Origin: Octopus vulgaris
Lineage: Eukaryota
Direction: 5' to 3'
Length of the DNA stretch: 64,000 nt
NCBI GenBank assembly: GCA_951406725.2
Contig: OX597816.1
Location: forward strand, 32,798,001 to 32,862,000
Positions 15,136-30,110 of the stretch are shown here, in pieces (position 1 is the first letter of the stretch; each line of letters opens with the position of its first letter). Both the position numbers and the translations under genes were made by a program. Under the pieces are notes generated by a model. That model was not told the DNA's origin, searched no databases, and was given only the letters and a program-made list of their open reading frames with translations.

Positions 15136-17335
15136 AGGCGCAGACGTGACTGTGTGGTAAGTAGCTTGTTTACTTCACTACTGAAGAGGTCGCGTTTTTA
15201 TACGCTCTGAAGTCACGTCATTCGGCGGTGAAATGTTGAAAGATTGAAGCACGAATACAGGTAAGCCGTTTGTTTTTTGGGGAGCTTAGTGGAGTCCGTT
15301 GGTTCGTAATAAATAAGTTTTGACGAGCAAGGGTCTCCATTGGGTTCCAGACATTGCGTGCCTGTGGTCCTGCGAAAAGACTCAATTTGCAGTGCGAATT
15401 CCCCCGGAATTTTTTTTTTAATTGTTTTCTTTTGACTGTGTTCGTGCCCTGGAATTACCATTGGAGTTACCATTCAGGCAAGGAGTAAGAAGACAGCAAG
15501 AATTTAATTTTTCTACTGCGACTGAGAACTACGAATTGTGGATTACCTGAGCAGCTGAATAGTGTTGCCAGTTGAACTGTCTTCCTTCACTCTTTTTTCT
15601 CTCTTCTGTCTTTCTGTTCTTTGTATTTCTTCATTGAATTTGATTTGAACATTCTTGGACATTTTGTTTGTGGAAATTTTTATTTATATTTGATTCTTGA
15701 ATAAAGAATGGCGACAAAGAATACCGCTTTGGAGTGGCGAATTGTGGCCCCCAAAGAATGGCTTTAAATTATACTGAGAGAACGGTGGTGTTAAGGACCT
15801 TCTCTAGGGTCATTGAAACTATCGCTGTGATTCTCTCAGTCTGAGATTGAGGAAGAGTTGGCAGAGTACCTTCCAACTTTTAGATTTATCCATAGGGGAG
15901 CAAAGTATGCAACTGTGTGTGTGCCTTATGATCCCTACGGAGGCACAAAGTTTGCGTGCCAATGGTGGAAGAGGAGAAGATTTTGTTTCTCTCAACATAC
16001 AGTGGGCGAAAATTAACGAGAGTCTGGGTTTGTTGGCTGCCATCCGGAATTGAGCACGAGTGGATAGAGGAGACTATCCGCCGGGGTCTGAGTAGCAGTA
16101 ACACCAGGCTGTCAGATGTAAAGATTATGTCTGCTGTTGACTGTGTGGGGTCAAAAGCTGTTTTGACACTATGGACCCAGTCACCCGAAGATCTGGTATT
16201 AGTTGGCGGGTTCCAGGCACCCGGTGATCCTTGAGGGACGCCCCCTCCCCAAGTGTCACTTGTTCCTGGAAGCAGGCCACATAACGAGGAACTGCTCCAG
16301 GAAAAAAGGAAGTGTACTGGAGCTGTCAATAGACGATGATGATAACACCCTGTTCCTCCAACGGAGCCTCCTGATTCTCTAATGAAGAGAGAGGAAGAGA
16401 AATTCGAGGACGTAACCCCCACGAGAAGAAAAAAGAAAGAAGTTGGGAAACAATGGTTACCAACCGATGGATTGTGAGGCGGTGGGAGGAAGGGATACCG
16501 GGTAAGTTGAAGGAACTCCACCCTCCCTTCGAGAAGAGAACAAAGAAGAAAAAGAGAAAAAAGAATGGGACATCGCTGGCAGTTGATGATCAGCTGCCAG
16601 CATGCCCCGGCACTCTGTCGGTGGGAAGTGTGTCACGGATGGAGGAAGCAGTGGCCCCTCCCAGAATAAGGAAAGATGAGTTTCTTGTATTCTTCCAGAA
16701 GGGAGGGGTGATAGAAAGCTTTCCCTGGACCTAAAACCCGATTTGGCCTTCGCAGGTGACTGCGAAGGTCATATCGGAGGTCAATTTGTCCAGGATGTTG
16801 GGCTCCTTCACGAAGGACTTGTTTAGAGTGGATTTTAAGCGCCCCAACCGGGATCCGGAGCAGCACTTATGGACAGCTCACAGCCTGGTTGAAGAAGAAT
16901 AGGCTTAGCGCCGAAATATTTAAATATATTTTTATTTTCATATAATAGTTAATACTGCTGACATTTTGACAAATTGTAAGAGGTTCATTGCCTCGTGTTT
17001 TGTCGAAGTTCAATGTTGCAGAGAAGCAGAGTTTCGGCGGGCGCTTTCTGTCTTCTCCCATCCTTATCATTCTCGTATCATTATCATTCAGGTCATTAAT
17101 GACTTGTCCAGCCCGCAAAGCTACCTAATCTGTGTACTGTCTTTATGGCAAATTTGATGAAATAAAGTAGCTTGCTTACCAACCACATTCTGTCCCACTG
17201 TGTGTCAGCTTGAGCAAGTGTCTTCTAGGATAGCCTCGGGCCGACCAAAGCCTTGTGAGTGAATTTGGTTGACTAAAGGCGGAGCTCCAGCATAGCCACA
17301 GAGAAATGGCTGAAACAAATAAGAGAATAAAATAA
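15136..17335 (+). mobile_element. Family-A SINE split in two (15136-15173 and 17165-17335) by a nested insertion
   Basis: Head aggcgcagacgtgactgtgtggtaagtagcttg resumes at 17165 with aagtagcttgcttaccaaccac...gcaagtgtcttc...gccgaccaaagccttgtgagtg; compare the intact copy at 44167. Confidence 0.88.
15174..17164 (+). mobile_element. Non-autonomous LINE-like (L1/Tx1-type) element with decayed ORF1 and no recognisable RT
   Basis: 15-bp TSD aagtagcttg(t/c)ttac at 15159-15173 and 17165-17179. Disrupted ORF from ATG ~15708 (MATKNTALEW..ERTVVLRTF..FLSTYSGRKLTRVWVCWLPSGIEHEW). Ends in aataaa at the 3' junction. Confidence 0.7.
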
Positions 17336-17570
17336 TATATTTACATTTCTTTCAAATTAACAATGAATGGACTAAAACATTCCTTCATTATCAGTTTCAG
17401 TCTCCCACTGCCTACCCCCTTTATTTCATATTCTTTCTCATTCAAGTTCAATTTACCCTTTCACATCCATCCCTCTTTCTCCCTACACTCCAATATACAC
17501 TTCAGAATATATCTACGCAAACGCACGCATATGTAGACATGCGTATAAATTGGAATATATATGTGTACAA

Positions 17571-17572
<2 letters not shown>

Positions 17573-17651
<79 letters not shown>

Positions 17652-17687
17652 TTGTGTGTATGTGTGTGTGCGTGTGTGTGTGTGTGT
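17573..17687. repeat. (TA)n(TG)n microsatellite
   Basis: Direct inspection. Confidence 0.98.
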
Positions 17688-18399
17688 ACATAGTTATATA
17701 CGTATATATGGTTGTATTTGTCTATGCATACGTATGGTGGGGAAGCTGGGCGTATGTGTCATTTTCTCAGTGTTACTATCGCATGCTCCGAAACTGATCA
17801 ATTATTTACAGCCCTCTACTAGTAATCAACCACAAATTTAAAACTAATAACTAATATGAAGACATCATAAAATATTGCAAAACAAATCCCCTATTGAACG
17901 AACATCTTTAGCAGCGTAATCTTCTATCTTAATTACAAACGAATGCATGAATAGATCGTCCGAGTTTTCTGGAAATAAAAGATGGTCGTTCAATCTTCAA
18001 CTCTACAATTAAGTGATAATTAGTTCAAATTTGCAGAAGTAACGAGGAGCAACATTATATGAGTATGCCAAACTGTATATGTATGAGTGTGAGAGTCTGT
18101 GTAAGGAGGATGTACGAGATGAATGTTTCGATTTACATAACGTCTCTACCGAACTTGAATCGTAATTTTTTTCTTTTACATTAGCGCTTACAAGGCGAAA
18201 AAATATAAATTAATAGCGTCTACGGTCTCTATCAAGTATTTGTAATATTACTGTAACTGATATAAAATAATCAAAGTCGTGACAGTTTGAATATATTTAA
18301 ATTAGTCTATAAAACTTAATAAACATTCGCGTGGACGCACATGTAGACACACACACACACAAATACATATAAAAATATATTTATTATATGTAAATTTAT

Positions 18400-18806
<407 letters not shown>

Positions 18807-18837
18807 GGTATTTAGAAGGAAGCATCATTTTTATGCT

Positions 18838-18900
<63 letters not shown>

Positions 18901-19075
18901 AATGTATGTGCATACATTATATATAAATATAATAACATTATATATAAATATATTAATGTACATAAATATTATCTATCTATCTATCTATCTATATATGTAT
19001 ATATACGCCGCCTGAATGGGGTCTGTGTCTGTGACATGTAAATGCACTAACCGATCGTAGCCGTTAACCACCCTC

Positions 19076-19250
19076 TTCCGGCCCCTGTGCCGGTGGCACG
19101 CAAAAAGTACCCACTACACTCACGGAGTGGTTGGAGTTAGGAAGGGCATCCAGCTGTAGAAACACTGTCAGATCAGACTGGAGCCTGGTGCAGCCACCTG
19201 GCTCCCAGACCCCGGTCGAACCGTCCAACCCATGCTATCATGGATAACGT
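19076..19250 (+). mobile_element. 3' part of an RTE-related SINE or bipartite element
   Basis: ggttggagttaggaagggcatccagctgtagaaac (RTE 5'-UTR-type motif) and RTE-like tail aacccatgctatcatgg. Confidence 0.65.
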
Positions 19251-20769
19251 GTCTATATATATAGAGAGAAAATTTTGACACCGCAAATTCTCTTTTGTGA
19301 ATGACCAAGTTTAAAAATCTGCTGGATCTCACTCATTAATCTTACATTACTTATAAAGTCACACATACATATATACACATGCAGAACACGTGAGAGCAAA
19401 AGGTGGACTCTCAGTTAATGAATTCATACCGATAGGCAGTATAATAATGTTCTATCACCATTTTAGTTTACTCTGGCCTTTGTACTCTGTGCATGTTGAA
19501 CATATTAATATAAATATATTTTCGCTGCCTCTCGCCTTGCATGTAAACATATATTCAGATTTTGTTTATTTTGCATTTACTATATGTATCTAATGCGTCT
19601 AATTTATTTATCCACTTCAGCATGATCCCTCTTATACCCTTTTTCACCTTACGGAATCAATCCCCAGTAAAGGCATCGGAGTCTACGTTTGAATGTCTTG
19701 AGCACTACGGAGTGTTTTAAATATATATATATATAAATATATATAGCTTCATATTTATCTACATGATAATGGTTGCAATAATAACCTATTATATAGCATT
19801 ACATATTTGTAATTCTGATTCAGGATCACATTGTAGATTCATATAGGAAGGACACGCTAGCGCATTTCCATATAATTCTACTAAATAATTAGAGATACCA
19901 AGAAACGGCCATTACAGAGACCAGTTAATGTCTCGATATCGTATTTATCTCATATGCGAATGATAACGACAGTAGAAATACACTCTATAGAGATACTTCC
20001 TGACAAATGAGTGTTTTTTATGCAAAACTTCGACTATTATTAAAATCAAATCAGACAGCGTGAGCTATCTCTCTCTACCCCACTTACTTTTTCTGTGTAT
20101 ATATACATATATCATCTATATCATCTATATATGTGTGTGTGTGTTTGTCTGTCTGGTATGTAGATGGAAGTATATACACACATATATGTATGTATTTATT
20201 AACGTGTTTAATTTGTCTACATACATGTGTATCTCTAACTCTGTGTGCGTACATGTACGTGTGTGTATGCTCCCAAACACACACGAACATACACATGCAT
20301 ATACACAATCGATCTTGCGCGCACACACTTCTGCATAAAATGTCACCGAGTCAGTTGTACAAAAATCGCAACTGATCGACCGCAAACAAAAGTCTAACCA
20401 GAGGTTTGTTAATCGATAAAGTATGTCGAATTCACATTTGATTTCTGTTCGTTTCCCTTACAATTGTGGATGAACCAAATTGAAAGCACCTTCGTGAATA
20501 TTGTAATTTCCCATACCTTATATTGAAACCACAACACGCTACTTTGAAGATGTGATATTACATCAACATCATTTTTTTCAATATAACGTATGTCAGATTT
20601 CAAAATAATGGAGCGCTGCCATGCTGGTGCAATACCTTGAAAGCATGATCTTTTCGGTTGCTCTAGGTGTGCCGCTAACTTACAATGCAAGAACCTGTTG
20701 TAGAGCGTTTGCGGTGCTCAGACAAGCTCGATATACGTACGAAGATATATACATATATATACTTTCATA

Positions 20770-20806
<37 letters not shown>

Positions 20807-20872
20807 GAACATGAACATACGCATACATACACACATACATATACACACACACATATGCATAAACACACACAC

Positions 20873-20944
<72 letters not shown>

Positions 20945-21139
20945 GTTTTCGTATCCAGAACACCCAAAATGGCAGAAAAGGCTATGTTGGTGCTAGGGAA
21001 AATCCGTAGTAAATCTCTCGCTTTGATAATAATTAGCGTGTGGAGTCTAATTTGGGTCGTGTGTGAGCATTTATATGTTAAATAAAATGAAACTACAAAG
21101 CGAAGGCAGTGTGAAATTTCTAGGAAATTTATCACACTT

Positions 21140-21540
21140 GAGTGGCTGTGTGGTAAGTAGCTTGCTAACCAACCACATGGTTCCGGGTTCAGTCCCACTG
21201 CGTGACATCTTGGGCAAGTGTCTTCTGCTATAGCCCCGGGCCGACCAATGCCTTGTGAGTGGATTTGGTAGACGGAAACTGAAAGAGGCCTGTCGTATAT
21301 ATGTATATATATATATGTGTTTGTTTGTGTGTCTGTGTTTGTTCCCCTAGCATTGCTTGACAACCGATGCTGGTGTGTTTACGTCCCCGTCACTTAGCGG
21401 TTCGGCAAAAAAGAGACCGATAGAATAAGTACTGGGCTTACAAAGAATAAGTCCCGGGGTCGAGTTGCTCGATTATAGGCGGTGCTCCAGCATGGCCGCA
21501 GTCAAATGACTGAAACAAGTAAAAGAGAAAAGAGAGAAAG
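21140..21540 (+). mobile_element. Family-A tRNA-derived SINE (CORE-like), near full length
   Basis: gtggctgtgtggtaag...ggttcagtccc..cttgggcaagtgtctt, internal TA/TG tract, tail gactgaaacaagtaaaagag; near-identical to 44167-44590. Confidence 0.92.
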
Positions 21541-21544
21541 ATAT

Positions 21545-21883
21545 AAAGGGTAAAGACCCCCTTCGGTCATGCGTGACCATGGGATTACACCTAGAAAATT
21601 ACCCTCCTAGACACAAGTCCGGGCAAGGTTGTTTTATGGAAGACCAGCAGTCGACCATGCATACCAGCCTCCCCTCTCCTCGCCACCAGTGTTATCCAAG
21701 GGAAAGACAAAGGTCGATACAGCTTGGCACCTGTGACGTCGCAACTAATTTCTACAGTTGAGTGAACTGGAGCAACGTGAAATAAAGTGCCTTGCTCAAG
21801 AACACAACACGCAGCCCGGTCCGGGATTCGAGCTCACAACCTCACGATCGTAAGCTCGACGCTCTAACCACTGGGACATGCGC

Positions 21884-21888
<5 letters not shown>
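21545..21888 (-). mobile_element. Family-C tRNA-derived SINE (Ceph-domain-like)
   Basis: Minus-strand tRNA head (cagtggttagagcgtcg...ctcgaatccc), body ggtgccaagctgtatcgacc; second copy at 25478-25758. Confidence 0.85.
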
Positions 21889-21982
<94 letters not shown>

Positions 21983-22754
21983 ATATACTAGCCCTCTCAA
22001 TATGGCTAACCACTAACGGTGGGTGTTACTATTGCTTGTAGCTCCAGGAGAACATCGTCTCCAGCAGGCTTTCGGCACGCTTTCTGTGTGCCTAATCTCG
22101 TTCAGAGATTTATTATTGCTATATATATATATATATAAGACTACTTTCAATTTCCGTCAACGAAGTGCACGTGCCAGGTTTTTTGACCGTGTAGCCGTTA
22201 TCAGAAGTAGATACACCATGTGATTCAGAAGAAAGATTCTTCCCTTACAGTCACCAATATATCTTTGCTTGTGTTAAGCGATACACGAAAATATTAAACA
22301 AGATAGCAGCCAGTAACCGGATTGTATAACATGATACATCTTTCAATTATAAATTCATGAATTTCATGAAATAAATATATCTTGCAATTTAAAGTTTAGT
22401 CCTACACCAAACACCAATATCTATTTCATGGTTTAAAACAGTATAGTCACGAATTTAAAGAGAACAATATTTTGTATTAATACATAAGAAATGCTCACAT
22501 CTGATTCATCTATTTTCTATTTCCCTTCAAGTTCCATTCTGATTGTAAGGAAAAGAAGCCATAGAATATGGTTCTGTTGCGTAACAATTACAAATGTCAG
22601 AAAAAGAGAGAAAAAAAAAATCACCGATAAAATATATATTTATTTATTTATGGAAAATGTTGCTTCGGGGGAATGGAAAACATCTCATTAATACTAATAT
22701 CATGCATTCCATATAACTAACAATAGCATAAGTATACACAAGGGTTCGTTAATA

Positions 22755-22784
22755 TGTATAAGTATGCATATATATACATATATG

Positions 22785-22834
<50 letters not shown>

Positions 22835-22906
22835 TGTGTGAGAGTATGTGTATATTTATACATATATATATGTATATATATATATATATGTATACATATA
22901 TGTATG

Positions 22907-22962
<56 letters not shown>

Positions 22963-22969
22963 ATATATA

Positions 22970-23004
<35 letters not shown>

Positions 23005-23270
23005 ATATATATATAAATATATGTATATATATATGTATATATGTATATACATATATGTATATAAATATATATGTATATATATATATATGTATATATGTAT
23101 ATATATTGCATATGTATGTGTGTATATATATATATATGTGTGAGTGTGTGTATGTCTGCATATGTACAGTGAGGTAAAATTATACGATATCATATATGTA
23201 TGTTTGTGTGTGTTTATAAATTCACACAGGCCTTTACACATTTTACATATATATACTTATATATATATAA
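22755..23270. repeat. Long degenerate (TA)/(TATG)/(TG) microsatellite
   Basis: Direct inspection. Confidence 0.97.
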
Positions 23271-24171
23271 ACACAAGATAGATGTTTTGTAATTACGTCA
23301 TACTGTGTTGAGTAAATACACGTCTATATAATATTTTATGCATAAGTATATATTCTTGCTCACAGGCAAGAACATTGTTTGCATATATATGTATATCAGA
23401 CTTAGTATATGCAAATGTGAGAAAATCTCTGAAGACTTACTTTAAATCAAAGCAAAAATTATTATTAGATCATCCATGAGGAGAATTTTCAAATAGCATG
23501 ATAGTATATTGGTTAAAGTTATTCTGCAGTATAGCATCTAAAACTGGTCTATGTGTTTTGATGAATGTTATTGTAAACAGTATTTGAACAGGCACAGAAC
23601 GTTGGTGGTGGTGGTGGTGGTGGTGGTGGTATTGTGTTTGCTTTTGGTGTTTTTATTCACTTTTTATTGTTTCCTTTTGCATTTCTCCTCATCCTCCACC
23701 TCATCCCAATTTTTGCTGCTGTTCTTTTAATTATTTAGCACTACGTCTGTCCCGACTGAGATTATGATATTTCAGACATTAAGCTATTAAGTAAGATATT
23801 TCAGCTATGATTATACCATCCATCTTTTTTGGCGTTATATATCTAGGACTGCATTGTCAAATGCATCTTCCTCCTTGAATGTAATTCGTCTATAGTTCGA
23901 GGAAAATATGGCTACCGTTTCTAGTAATGCAGTCTTATTCACATCTAAAGCCTTCACGTGCTACTGAATATCTAAGAACTATTCACGACGTTATGAGGTG
24001 AGTCACATTTCATTAGTATTATTATGAATGACGTAAAGTATTGAACTGAAAACTACAGTTATCTTTTTCCAACATCTTCTATCTGGATAGAACAACAATT
24101 TTTTTCTAATCACTACTTGCCATCCCAGGACGGTGAGTCTGATTCCATTATTTTTCAGGACACATCATATG

Positions 24172-24457
24172 GAAGAAGAAGAAGAAGAAGAAGAAGAAGA
24201 AAGAGGAGGAGACGAAGAAGAAGAAGAAGAAGAAGAAGAAGAAGAAGAAGAAGAAGACGACGACGAAGAAGAAGAAGAAGAAGAAGAAGAAGAAGACGAC
24301 GAAGAAGAAGAAGAAGAAGAAGAAGAAGACGACGAAGAAGAAGAAGAAGAAGAAGAAGAAGAAGAAGAAGAAGAAGAAGAAGAAGAAGAAGAAGAAGAAG
24401 AAGAAGAAGAAGAAGAAGAAGAAGAAGAAGAAGAAGAAGAAGAAGAAGAAGAAGAAG
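24172..24457. repeat. (GAA)n trinucleotide repeat with GAC/GGA interruptions
   Basis: Direct inspection. Confidence 0.99.
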
Positions 24458-25477
24458 ATAATAGGGGACATTTCACGGTGCAATTATCTCAGGAGGGAGA
24501 TTTGAGCACATCATAGTTATAGAAACAATATAAGACCAGCAGTAGTTTTAGCAGCCCTTAAACAAATATCGAGAGCCTTTCCAGATTTTATCGGCGACGG
24601 TTAATTCGTCAGCAAGTATGTTTATGAATAGAGGTGTTTGCAAATAGTTCGGAGCAAGCTATTCTACACTAAGTATTCCCGAATAAGGATTTCATTTATA
24701 GGGATTTGTGTAAATACTGATTTCTAAAACTGGCAAATGCAATAATCTACAGAATAGGAATATTTGGATTTAATGAATCTCGGATCTGTCTGTTACCGTA
24801 TTTTATCGACCCTAAAGTATAGAATGTGAGACTGAACATAGACACATTTTTCGTTGGTATGCGTAACTACATACGGTATATAGAATATTATGGCTGCCTT
24901 TTACGATTCTGATGACACTCCATTCTCTGCGTGCATAAAATATTAGAAAACGAATAAATGTTTCTCCTCAATTAACTATAAATGGTTATAATAAAATTGT
25001 TATTGTTTCAAACTGCATTAATATGTTGTTGGATATTAGGATATTAAAACGTCTACTGTTAAACAATGAACTGAAATAATCTCCCGGAAACAATTTCATT
25101 TTCTGCTTTCACAACATTTCATTAAACATGCATGTAAATCGTCATTTATGTTTGTTATTTCTCACGCAAAGAATAACGACAATATCGGGGCGGCTAAATT
25201 TGCTGTGATTTTGTGCATTGTTGTGCTGTATTATAATATGGTTTTTCTTTTTCTTTCTTTCTTTCTTTCTTTTTCTTTTTCTTTTTTCTTTTTCTTTTTC
25301 TTTTTCTTTTCTTTTTTTCTTTTTCTTTTTCTTTTTCTTTTCTTTTTTTCTTTTTACTTAGTGGCTCATTCATGATTAACGTAATAAATTCCAAAGTACA
25401 TGATAATCAATTTTACAATAAAAGGTTAGTAAGATGGATAACTGGTAAGGAGAAAGCGATACATTTACACGCAAACA

Positions 25478-25758
25478 ATCATGGGATTGCACCTAGAAAG
25501 TTCCCTTCCGATGCACAAGCCCGGGCAAGGTTTTGTGAGGAGAACCAGTAATTACCTTTGCATAACAATCTCCTCTTTCCAAGGGTAAAAGCAAAGCCCG
25601 ACACAGCTTCTTACTAGTGACGTCACAATTCATTTATACAGCTGGGTGAGCTGTATAAACGCGAAATGAAGAGTCCTGCTCAAAAGCACATCACTCTCCG
25701 GGAACCAAAATCGGGACCTGACGTTTGTGAGCTCTAACTACTAGAAACTCGCGCCTTC
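25478..25758 (-). mobile_element. Family-C SINE, diverged copy
   Basis: catgggattgcacctagaaag...cacaagcccgggcaagg...gtgacgtcacaattcattt aligns with 21575-21885. Confidence 0.8.
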
Positions 25759-26528
25759 TTCCATATGATGTTTCCTCGAACTATAGACGAATTACATTCA
25801 AGGAGGAAGATGCATTTGCCAATGCAGTCCTAGATATATAACTCCAAAAAAGATGGATGGTATATTCATGGCTGAAATATATTCCTTAATAGCTTGATGT
25901 CTGAAATATCATAATCTCGTGTATCGCTTAACTTCAATTGTGAATGTAACAATATTATCTGAATAATAAATAGTTTTTGTCCTTCCCCGAATATTTTTTC
26001 TAGCTCTCTTTTGATGATTTCTACATTAAATATATTGCCCATATTAAACTATTGTTCATTAATACAGATGGCATCTAAAAGTGATTCATTCTTGGAATAT
26101 TTCCATTTTCTAATCACCAGATGTACGTTAATTTTTACAATGCCTATTTGATGAGTCTCGTGTTTTTAGCATGAATAAACAGTTGTTAGAAGAAATTAGT
26201 TCAATAATAATGTAAAACGAGTCACGTACAGCTGACCATAGGATAGACACGGTACTGAATATCAATGGGTTATGTCCCTTGCTGCATAATTATTTCTAAA
26301 TAACATTTTTTTAAATAATTACTATATCAAATATGTTAACAATAATTAACAACTAAATCAAATATAAATTAAAAGAATCGTATAGGAATTCAGTATCCAT
26401 AAAGGAGATTATATATATGTATTCCATTTTACATTATTAATTTCATCAGGCACGGTTAATATAAAAACCTATTCTAATTGTCTAATTTGCCGTAATCACT
26501 TCAACATTTCCATAAGTATATGTATTAA

Positions 26529-26745
<217 letters not shown>

Positions 26746-26775
26746 AATAATTACTGTGAAGCATTGTGTACAGTG

Positions 26776-27246
26776 CATTGTATAAACAATCGTGGGTTAG
26801 GCCAGAACAATGCAAACTGAGTGCAAAGCAAATCACATGAAAACAATTATAGGATTTAATGTAGATTTACCTTGAATTCTATATTTCGGAGTTATGAACC
26901 CATTTTCAAGAAATTATCAATTGTTGCCGACCCGTGTGAGAAGTGTTTGTGAAGTGGACATGCGCGGAAATGTGTTCCTATTGCAACCAGCTAGGTTCCT
27001 GTAGCTCTTTATCAGAAAAAAAAGATTTATGGGAAGCTAGCTTGTTGCTATTGCAACACCTTTCCGCGCATGTCCACTCCACACACACGCACATCGTCAA
27101 CATTCGTTAATTTCTTGAAAACGGGGACATTACCCCGAAATACGGAATGCAAGGTAAGTTTATATTCAGATATTTGCTTACTTTTGGTTTGCCTTCCGTT
27201 TACTTAGCATTGTTCTGGCCGTACCCACGATCCTTTTTACAGTATA
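26776..27246. mobile_element. Foldback/hairpin MITE, ~470 bp
   Basis: Nested inverted arms: atcgtgggttaggccagaacaatgc / gcattgttctggccgtacccacgat; ttttcaagaaatta / taatttcttgaaaa; agtggacatgcgcggaaa / tttccgcgcatgtccact. Confidence 0.88.
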
Positions 27247-28000
27247 AATGTGTGTGCGCATGCCTGTATGTGTATGCATGTATGTATATGTTTGTACGTA
27301 TGTATGTATATTTATAATTATGTTTCCATTCCAATATATATGGATATATATTCATGTATGAATATTAAGTGTATCTAAGTATTTGTGAGTGTACTTATAA
27401 TTTTACTGTTTCAATCGTTAGATTGTAGCTATGTAAGGATTTCACCTTGCGCAGGGCAGTTAACCATGTCTACATCAATACGTTCTGCATTTTAATTTCT
27501 CAACACTATGCTTTTCAGTGCATAACGGAATACATTCTTCAGTATCATTTCTGTGGAAACGAGTCTGCGAAGCATAATAATACGCAAACATGAATTACTA
27601 AATATGTATTTATTTACTGTCTCGGGAAGAATATCGTATGGAAGACGGAGTCTGCAAAACAATTTAAACCTAGTTAGTGTATTAGAACAAGTAGAACAGA
27701 AGGAAGAGCTGTTTATCACACTACCCTACGAATAAATAAAGAAAGTGCGTGTGAGGAAAATTAATAACAGTATGTGTTAGCGTAATAGATTAGTTTTATG
27801 CTGTGTTATAAGGATGAAATTTATATCCTGTTAAATAACTATGGAACATAAGAGATCTTTATGAAACATGTAGTTTTAATAGAAATATAGTGATAGAATA
27901 AAAGTTTCTATAATGGGCGTATATATATAGACAGAAATACGGATTGATACATAGATATGCTAAAATATGTGTTTTTGCTGTTGTTATTATTATTAGTAGT

Positions 28001-28640
28001 ATTGAGTGAGAGAGCAGTAGATGCATCAGAACAGTATATGCCATCAAAGGTAAAATATACGGAGCCCAGTATAAGCATAATAATAAGAAGAAGAAATAAG
28101 AAGAAGAAGAAGAAGAAGAAGAAAATTATTGTATACAGTGCTCAGGTGCACCACAACTTGTCAGAGTATATGCAGTAATGTACAAATGTCTGGAAAGCGA
28201 ACAATGCTTGAGTCAGATACATGCTTGTATGTGTATGGAGGGGAGAAAATCAGGTGTAGGATTTAAGAGTACCGGTCTGATAAGACTACACCAGGAACAT
28301 ACATTACAAAAATATGTGCATGACATGGTGATCTCATATCAAGGTGAATAGTGCATGACCTTGCAAGAGGGGCCCAGTTAGAATTTTCTTTATGTTGAGT
28401 ATCCTATCTCGCTTAAAATGTCCTTGAATAAAGGTTAAGTTTGTTGAACGGAACACCGGCGTTTCCAAATTTGAATTATCCAAACACCAAACAATTCTAA
28501 CCAACACATGGCTCTGATGTCCACCCAACTAATTCTGCTCGTGATCAGAGATGCACATATCGCCAGCCATTAATGAGTATGCGCAACTGGTTAAGGTCAC
28601 ACAACCGCCAGCCAAATATGTGGTACTGAGCAGAAAATTT
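28001..28640 (-). mobile_element. Non-coding (TAA)n-associated interspersed element, interrupted by a short LINE 3' end at ~28080-28265
   Basis: Reverse complement of 48410-48820 (gaccttaaccagttg...gtgcatctctgatcac...gagatcaccatgtc...ctgctctctcactcaat). Confidence 0.75.
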
Positions 28641-28723
28641 GCTGTTGCAATACTAAGACAAATATGTACCTGATAGCACTTCTTAGTTAACAACATGAAC
28701 TATGAGAGCCAGAGTCTGGTACC

Positions 28724-29396
<673 letters not shown>

Positions 29397-29419
29397 ATTG
29401 TTGTTGTTATTCATTCGAA

Positions 29420-29935
29420 ACACAGTGTAGGTAACAATGCACCGCAGTCTTTAGTCATCTGTCAAGTCACAAGAAGGTACTCAGACACATAATACTTTCC
29501 TAGCATGTGCGCTGTGCCCAATAAGGCTGCTTCTTGCAAGACATCAATCTTGCATGGGATTTCCAGTTGCCTTAGCCTTGAAATTTAAATGGGATTGAGC
29601 CCAACGATACGATCACCACTGACGTCACTTTTATATTCCTCTCTTGCATTTCAACTTTCACTTCAGAGAACTGGGTGATCTCTTCAACCTCTTTCCATAC
29701 AATGTTCATGTCATTTTGTATAGCTACGTCAATGATCTGACAGTATTTGTCTCTGTTATTCAATATGAAAATATGCGGTACACGGTGTTCGATTACACAA
29801 TCCGCCTGAAAATCTTAGCCCTAGAGTATCTTTACTTTTGCATCCTCCTGCATAATTTTACTTGGTGCATGCTCATACATATTCTCTGTTACTTCATATT
29901 GATATTTACTGCATCAGAGCCAATGAAGAGAAACA
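29420..29935 (-). mobile_element. R4/Dong-type RLE endonuclease fragment
   Basis: IIDVAIQNDMNIVWKEVEEI...VVIVSLGSIP...LQEAALLGTAHML is a restriction-like endonuclease C-terminus. Confidence 0.85.
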
Positions 29936-29960
29936 CACTGTTATTATTATTATTATTATT

Positions 29961-30062
29961 ATTCTATGTTTGACTTTTGCTTTATATTTGTACAAGTTGG
30001 CTCCAAGTCTCACCCAGAGACCTCAAGAGACAACAGGGTTGGAAGTTCATGTTGGTGTTATG

Positions 30063-30110
<48 letters not shown>

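Larger units (their letters stand above)
23758..25918. repeat. 148-bp inverted repeat pair (23758-23905 and 25771-25918)
   Basis: Arms are reverse complements with about 7 mismatches by manual comparison; spacer ~1.87 kb. Confidence 0.95.

Noticed and set aside
21140-21215. tRNA gene call for SINE heads (also ~4440-4512, 21820-21888, 44167-44240)
   Set aside because: A and B boxes are present but there is no complete cloverleaf, and each continues into a repeated SINE body.
24117-24516. Poly-E, poly-R, poly-F and poly-S ORFs
   Set aside because: Read-through of a (GAA)n microsatellite in several frames with no unique coding context.
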